The notes beneath the pieces were generated by a model. The model ran no database searches. It saw only the letters and a list, made by a program, of their open reading frames with translations, and was not told the DNA's origin. Source: a bacterium (GTDB lineage: Bacteria; Patescibacteriota; Minisyncoccia; Phycocordibacterales; UBA5272). Taken from it: 64,000 nucleotides of DNA. Location of the stretch: NCBI GenBank assembly GCA_043765155.1, contig JAYUJP010000053.1, positions 14,116 through 78,115 on the forward strand, read 5' to 3'. Position 1 is the first letter of the stretch. The number at the start of each line of letters is the position of its first letter. Position numbers and translations under genes: made by a program. This document shows, in pieces, positions 59,645-64,000 of the stretch.

Positions 59645-61987
59645 TTACTTAAACTTTATATTTGTCTTTGGAGTTGTAGTCGGCTGTGAAGCTTTTAAAA
59701 GAGCCTCATATATATCTTTTGCCTGCTTATAAGTAACATCACCCTCATAAGCTTTTTTGACTACAGCCAAAGCCTCTGCCTCTTTACCATTTGAAGCCAA
59801 GGCATTAGCGTATTCAAATGCTATAAGCTGCTTTGTGGGCGATATATTATAGGCTATTTCAAGATATTTTAGAGATCCGGCATTATCACCTATCTGCCTT
59901 AAATAAGATCCAAAGAATGAAGCGTTTCTAGCTGTAGGTTCAGAGTCTACCATTTTTTGAAAATTAGTTTTAGCAAAGCTTGTAAAATCATTTATTGCGA
60001 CTTTTGACTCAGCCGCTTCAACAGCTGGTAACTTGGTCAAATCTATTTGAGATAACACTACGCTCTTTTGCAGCATTTGCTCCATAACCTCTCCGCTACC
60101 AAAAGTATTTCTATTATAAGCAGACGCAAAGCTAATATAAGACTCTGTGGTTGACGCAGCCAAAGTGTTATATGAGGTTGGAAACTTTTGAAACCCTTTT
60201 ATAATATCTAGATTAGTCATAAGCGGTCTTATCACTGTAAAAGTAAATAGCGCTAAAGCTAAAGCAGAAGCAACAATTATACTCGCGATTATAATATTTT
60301 GGGATACTGCTTTTACTTTTTTGTCTATTTTACTTATGTCACTAGCGATAACACTTTGCGTATCTCTTGTCCTTGACGCCACATAAGCAAGTAGTGCTAT
60401 AAATATAATATAAGATATAAGATTATCAAATACAAATACATTGTGTATAAAGTAAGCAACCAGCGCTCCTGTTATTATAGATTTTTCTATAAGATGTATA
60501 TTGTTTTTACCCTTGCCTATCCACATCATGTATATTGGAGTAAGATATAGAGCAAGATATGCTAATAATCCTAGCACTCCGCCGGCTACAAGCCAGTCCA
60601 TAAACACATTATGGGCACGATCAAACCAAGCCTCCTGTGCGTACATACGTGGATCAAAATTACCAGAAAATACCTTTGAGTAATTATCCTGACCGTATCC
60701 GATCAAAACAGTTTTAGGCGACTCGCTTACACCCTCTATACTCATCTTAGCATTAAGAATACGAGACACGATGGTCGCCTCTCCAAATGTCTGTACCAAC
60801 TCTTCATAGTTACCACTTTTAAGTGTCTCACTCGCTGCTGATAGTGACGGTATCTTGATAGTTGCTACACGATTAAGAACTACAGAGTTTTTTACAAATT
60901 GCATGTCTTTTACAAAAATAAAAGCTATAACAAGAGATGCTATGAGTCCGAGTCCAAACATAGAAATCTTTGCTAATTTTTTGTATTTCTTTCTACCAAA
61001 AATAACTATACATACCATAGTCACAAATGCTCCGCCTATAAGTCCAAAATAAGAACCTCTGGTCTGAGTGTAAGCAAGCAGTACAATATTAAGAGCCGCA
61101 AATATGGCTAGAGGCCAGCTACCCATCTCGCCATTTGCAAGCTTTGAGACAAAACTTTTAGCTGCAAATATTAGAGCTACTATACCTACTAACCACATAG
61201 TTGAACCGATTGAAGAGAGGGTCTGAGCAAGACTAGTGTTAGCTGCTTGCAAGTTATTAGCAAAAAGATTAAACATTCCTTGTGATAAGACAAGCATGGT
61301 TGAGATCACAATCCAGAATACAGACATATAATTCTGAGTACCCTTCCACTTGTTATTTTTAAAGGCAATTAAGCTCGCTATAAAAACAAAAAATAGTGCA
61401 TATATACCATAATAGGCAGCATTACCGAGTGTCGAGTCCAGGCGTAGCCCATTACCCATATGAGTAGGATAAGCAGAGTTGATAACAGCCGTCACCTTGT
61501 CTCCCAAAAAGTTAGTTAAGAAAAATCCTCTTTGACCAAAAAGTTGAAATACAGCCTCGACAGATACTGCAATAGCAGAAGCTGTGAACCAGCCAAACAT
61601 AGCGGACCAGTCCTTCTCAGTCTTATATACAGAATACAAAATAGTAAAGTATAAAAATAGATGTAGATGTGTGAACCATCCCTCCATACGCTCATAATTA
61701 CCAAAGAATGAGAAGTAAAGATTAGCTCCAAATATATTAGCTATACACAGTATTACCAAGAAAAAAGTATATGAGAAAAATACTAGCGACTTTTTAGGTC
61801 TATAATTACTGTCGACAAACGCTAATATAATCCAAGCAACTAATGATATCTCAACCAAGAATCTAAACGCGAATCCTTTACCAGTTATAAATGGGAAAAA
61901 GCTAGATTCAGACACATACCAAGCAAGGGCTGGTATAATCGCGAGTGATGCGTATATTATGCTTTTTAAAAATTTTTCTAATGTCAT
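59645..61987 (-). CDS. O-antigen ligase family membrane protein with C-terminal TPR-like region
   Basis: ERMEG, RLDSTLGNAAY, TQTRG, GYGQDNY, FDRAHN...GG.LG. Confidence 0.88.
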   Translation of the reverse strand: MTLEKFLKSIIYASLAIIPALAWYVSESSFFPFITGKGFAFRFLVEISLVAWIILAFVDSNYRPKKSLVFFSYTFFLVILCIANIFGANLYFSFFGNYERMEGWFTHLHLFLYFTILYSVYKTEKDWSAMFGWFTASAIAVSVEAVFQLFGQRGFFLTNFLGDKVTAVINSAYPTHMGNGLRLDSTLGNAAYYGIYALFFVFIASLIAFKNNKWKGTQNYMSVFWIVISTMLVLSQGMFNLFANNLQAANTSLAQTLSSIGSTMWLVGIVALIFAAKSFVSKLANGEMGSWPLAIFAALNIVLLAYTQTRGSYFGLIGGAFVTMVCIVIFGRKKYKKLAKISMFGLGLIASLVIAFIFVKDMQFVKNSVVLNRVATIKIPSLSAASETLKSGNYEELVQTFGEATIVSRILNAKMSIEGVSESPKTVLIGYGQDNYSKVFSGNFDPRMYAQEAWFDRAHNVFMDWLVAGGVLGLLAYLALYLTPIYMMWIGKGKNNIHLIEKSIITGALVAYFIHNVFVFDNLISYIIFIALLAYVASRTRDTQSVIASDISKIDKKVKAVSQNIIIASIIVASALALALFTFTVIRPLMTNLDIIKGFQKFPTSYNTLAASTTESYISFASAYNRNTFGSGEVMEQMLQKSVVLSQIDLTKLPAVEAAESKVAINDFTSFAKTNFQKMVDSEPTARNASFFGSYLRQIGDNAGSLKYLEIAYNISPTKQLIAFEYANALASNGKEAEALAVVKKAYEGDVTYKQAKDIYEALLKASQPTTTPKTNIKFK

Positions 61988-62113
61988 GTTTTTATTATTT
62001 TTTTATTAATTTATTTCTATACTTTTATATATAAATAATATTATAACATAAAAAATGTTTTAGTTTTATATGGACAAAATATAGTATATGTTACTTTGTA
62101 TTAAAAATAAGAA

Positions 62114-62168
62114 AAAAATACCAACAGAAAAGCGCGGCCTTCGGCTGCGCTCTTGTGTTGGTATTTTT
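62114..62168 (-). terminator. Terminator after fusA
   Basis: AAAAATACCAACA...GCGCGGCC-TTC-GGCTGCGC...TGTTGGTATTTT. Confidence 0.7.
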
Positions 62169-62187
62169 ACTTTTTAAATCTTAAGAA

Positions 62188-64000
62188 TTACTTTCTACTC
62201 TCTTGTATTTCCTTTGCTATATTAGCTGGTACTGCCTCATATCTTCCAAATTCCATTGTAAAGCTAGCACGTCCCTCGGTCATAGATCTTAATGATGTAG
62301 CGTATCCGAACATTTCTGATAGTGGTACCATAGCTTTTACAACTTTGTCCATACCACGCTCGTCCATGCCTTCTATTTGGCCACGCTTTGATGATAAGTT
62401 ACCAGTCACGTCTCCGTAGAATTTATCTGGAGTAACTACCTCTACCTTCATCACCGGCTCTAGTATTGTAGGCTTGGCTCTACTTACCGCTTCCTTGAGG
62501 GCCATACCTGCTGCTAACTTGAATGCGATTTCTGATGAGTCCACCTCGTGGAATGACCCATCATATAGCTCACAAGCAACATCCACCATTTTGAATCCGG
62601 CTATAACACCGCGGTCCATAGTTTCTTTTAGACCCTTTTCGACTGCTGGTACATATTCTAGTGGTACTGATCCACCTTTTGTTGCATTTGTAAATTGAAA
62701 ATGATCATAACGCTTGGTATTTTTTGGGAGATCTTCGTCAAGTACGCTATAGTCGATCTGCTTGATTCTAATACGAACATGCCCGTATTGACCGCGACCT
62801 CCTGACTGCTTGACGTATTTACCCTCTGCTTCTGACTCACCTTGTATAGTTTCTCTGAATGCAACCTGGGGTTTACCTGTTGTACATTCTACGTTGAACT
62901 CTCTTTTCATACGATCCACGATAATATCAAGATGTAGTTCACCCATACCTGAAATAATAGTCTCATTGGTCTCTGGGTCAGACATAACTCTAAATGTTGG
63001 ATCTTCTTGGGCTAGTCTACCTAGAGCGATACCCATTTTCTCCTGATCAGGCTTGGTCTTTGGCTCGACACGCATTGAGATAACTGACTCAGGTATAACT
63101 ATACGCTCGAGTATAATAGGATTCTTCTCATCACATAATGAGTCTGATGTTGTTGTATCCTTCATACCTACTATTGCGGCTATTTCACCGGCATAAACCT
63201 CTTTAACCTCTTGGCGATCATTAGCATGCATACGCACTATACGTCCGATACGCTCTGTCTTATTTTTGGTAGCATTATATGCATATGATCCTGCTGTCAT
63301 AACTCCTGAGTATACACGTATGTATGTTAGCGTACCCACAAATGGATCTGACTGTATTTTAAAAGCAAGAGCTGATAGCGGCGCTGCATCTGACACCTCA
63401 CGAGTAATCTCTTCGCCTGTATTTGGATCTATACCTTTTGGTGCTGGTATATCTAATGGTGATGGCAGGTACTCACATACTGCGTCTAGTACTAGCTGCA
63501 CTCCTTTATTTTTAAGAGCTGATCCACAAAATACTGGGAAGAATCTTGACTCTATAACAGCCTTACGCACTGCCTGCTTTAGTTCTTGTACGCCAAATTC
63601 TTTTCCTTCTAAAAATTGGGTCATCATGTCCTCATCAGTCTCAACTATACGCTCTATCATAGCTGCGCGTCTTGTCTTTGCTTCTTCTAGGTATTCAGCT
63701 GGTACGTCTACATATCCTACGTCTTTACCCTTATCACCTTCAAAAGTTACCATTTTCATCATCATTAGGTCTATGATACCTGAAAAATTTTCCTCAGATC
63801 CGATAGGCATTTGCATCTGCGCAGCATTTTTAGAAAGTCTATCAAGTATAGATTTGTATGACTTGTCATATGATCCACCCATACGGTCTAGCTTGTTAAC
63901 AAAACAAATACGAGGCACATTACCCTCACTAGCATATCTCCAGTTAGTCTCAGACTGTGGCTCTACTCCCGCTACCGAGTCGAATACTACCACGGCGCCG
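62188..64000 (-). CDS. fusA: Elongation factor G, 3' part (start lies outside the window)
   Basis: GVEPQSET, FVNKLDR, GMGELHL, KQSGGRGQYGHV, HEVDSSE, MFGYATSLRS. Confidence 0.98.
   Translation of the reverse strand, partial: GAVVVFDSVAGVEPQSETNWRYASEGNVPRICFVNKLDRMGGSYDKSYKSILDRLSKNAAQMQMPIGSEENFSGIIDLMMMKMVTFEGDKGKDVGYVDVPAEYLEEAKTRRAAMIERIVETDEDMMTQFLEGKEFGVQELKQAVRKAVIESRFFPVFCGSALKNKGVQLVLDAVCEYLPSPLDIPAPKGIDPNTGEEITREVSDAAPLSALAFKIQSDPFVGTLTYIRVYSGVMTAGSYAYNATKNKTERIGRIVRMHANDRQEVKEVYAGEIAAIVGMKDTTTSDSLCDEKNPIILERIVIPESVISMRVEPKTKPDQEKMGIALGRLAQEDPTFRVMSDPETNETIISGMGELHLDIIVDRMKREFNVECTTGKPQVAFRETIQGESEAEGKYVKQSGGRGQYGHVRIRIKQIDYSVLDEDLPKNTKRYDHFQFTNATKGGSVPLEYVPAVEKGLKETMDRGVIAGFKMVDVACELYDGSFHEVDSSEIAFKLAAGMALKEAVSRAKPTILEPVMKVEVVTPDKFYGDVTGNLSSKRGQIEGMDERGMDKVVKAMVPLSEMFGYATSLRSMTEGRASFTMEFGRYEAVPANIAKEIQESRK

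Overview
AT-rich 64 kb chromosomal window from a small-genome bacterium, most likely Patescibacteria/CPR (Parcubacteria-like). This is inferred from the divergent, unlinked 16S rRNA gene, compact RpoB/RpoC, and the DprA, DUF2090 and O-antigen-ligase gene content; genetic code 11 fits. It holds core genes (dnaE, rpoBC, topA, dprA, mnmA, xth, recO, lepB, hisS, rpsU, ybeY, ftsAZ, trxB, ftsH, dnaJ, fusA), three tRNAs (Ser-GCT, Glu-TTC, Val-GAC), a CsoR copper operon, and a metal-homeostasis cluster (Fur-family regulator, permease, two CobW GTPases, YibE/F, His-rich membrane protein, HDCGC protein, CooC-like ATPase, VIT1, ZIP fusion). It also holds a YafQ toxin with a micro-ORF partner, an NYN gene and an RloC-like anticodon nuclease directly behind tRNA-Glu. 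The most striking pattern: the 16S rRNA lacks the anti-Shine-Dalgarno tail and housekeeping genes look leaderless or SD-free. Yet a distinct set of accessory genes carries strong AGGAG SD motifs, most inside a shared expression layout (promoter, 5' hairpin, boxA-like GTTCTT, SD, ORF, related terminators). Three of these genes form a tandem array with ~130-bp direct repeats upstream of the 16S. Other notable items are GC-rich palindromes in-frame in core genes, a leader element shared by rpoC and recO, and a candidate antisense sRNA over the NYN 3' end. All assignments come from reading motifs by eye; no searches were run.
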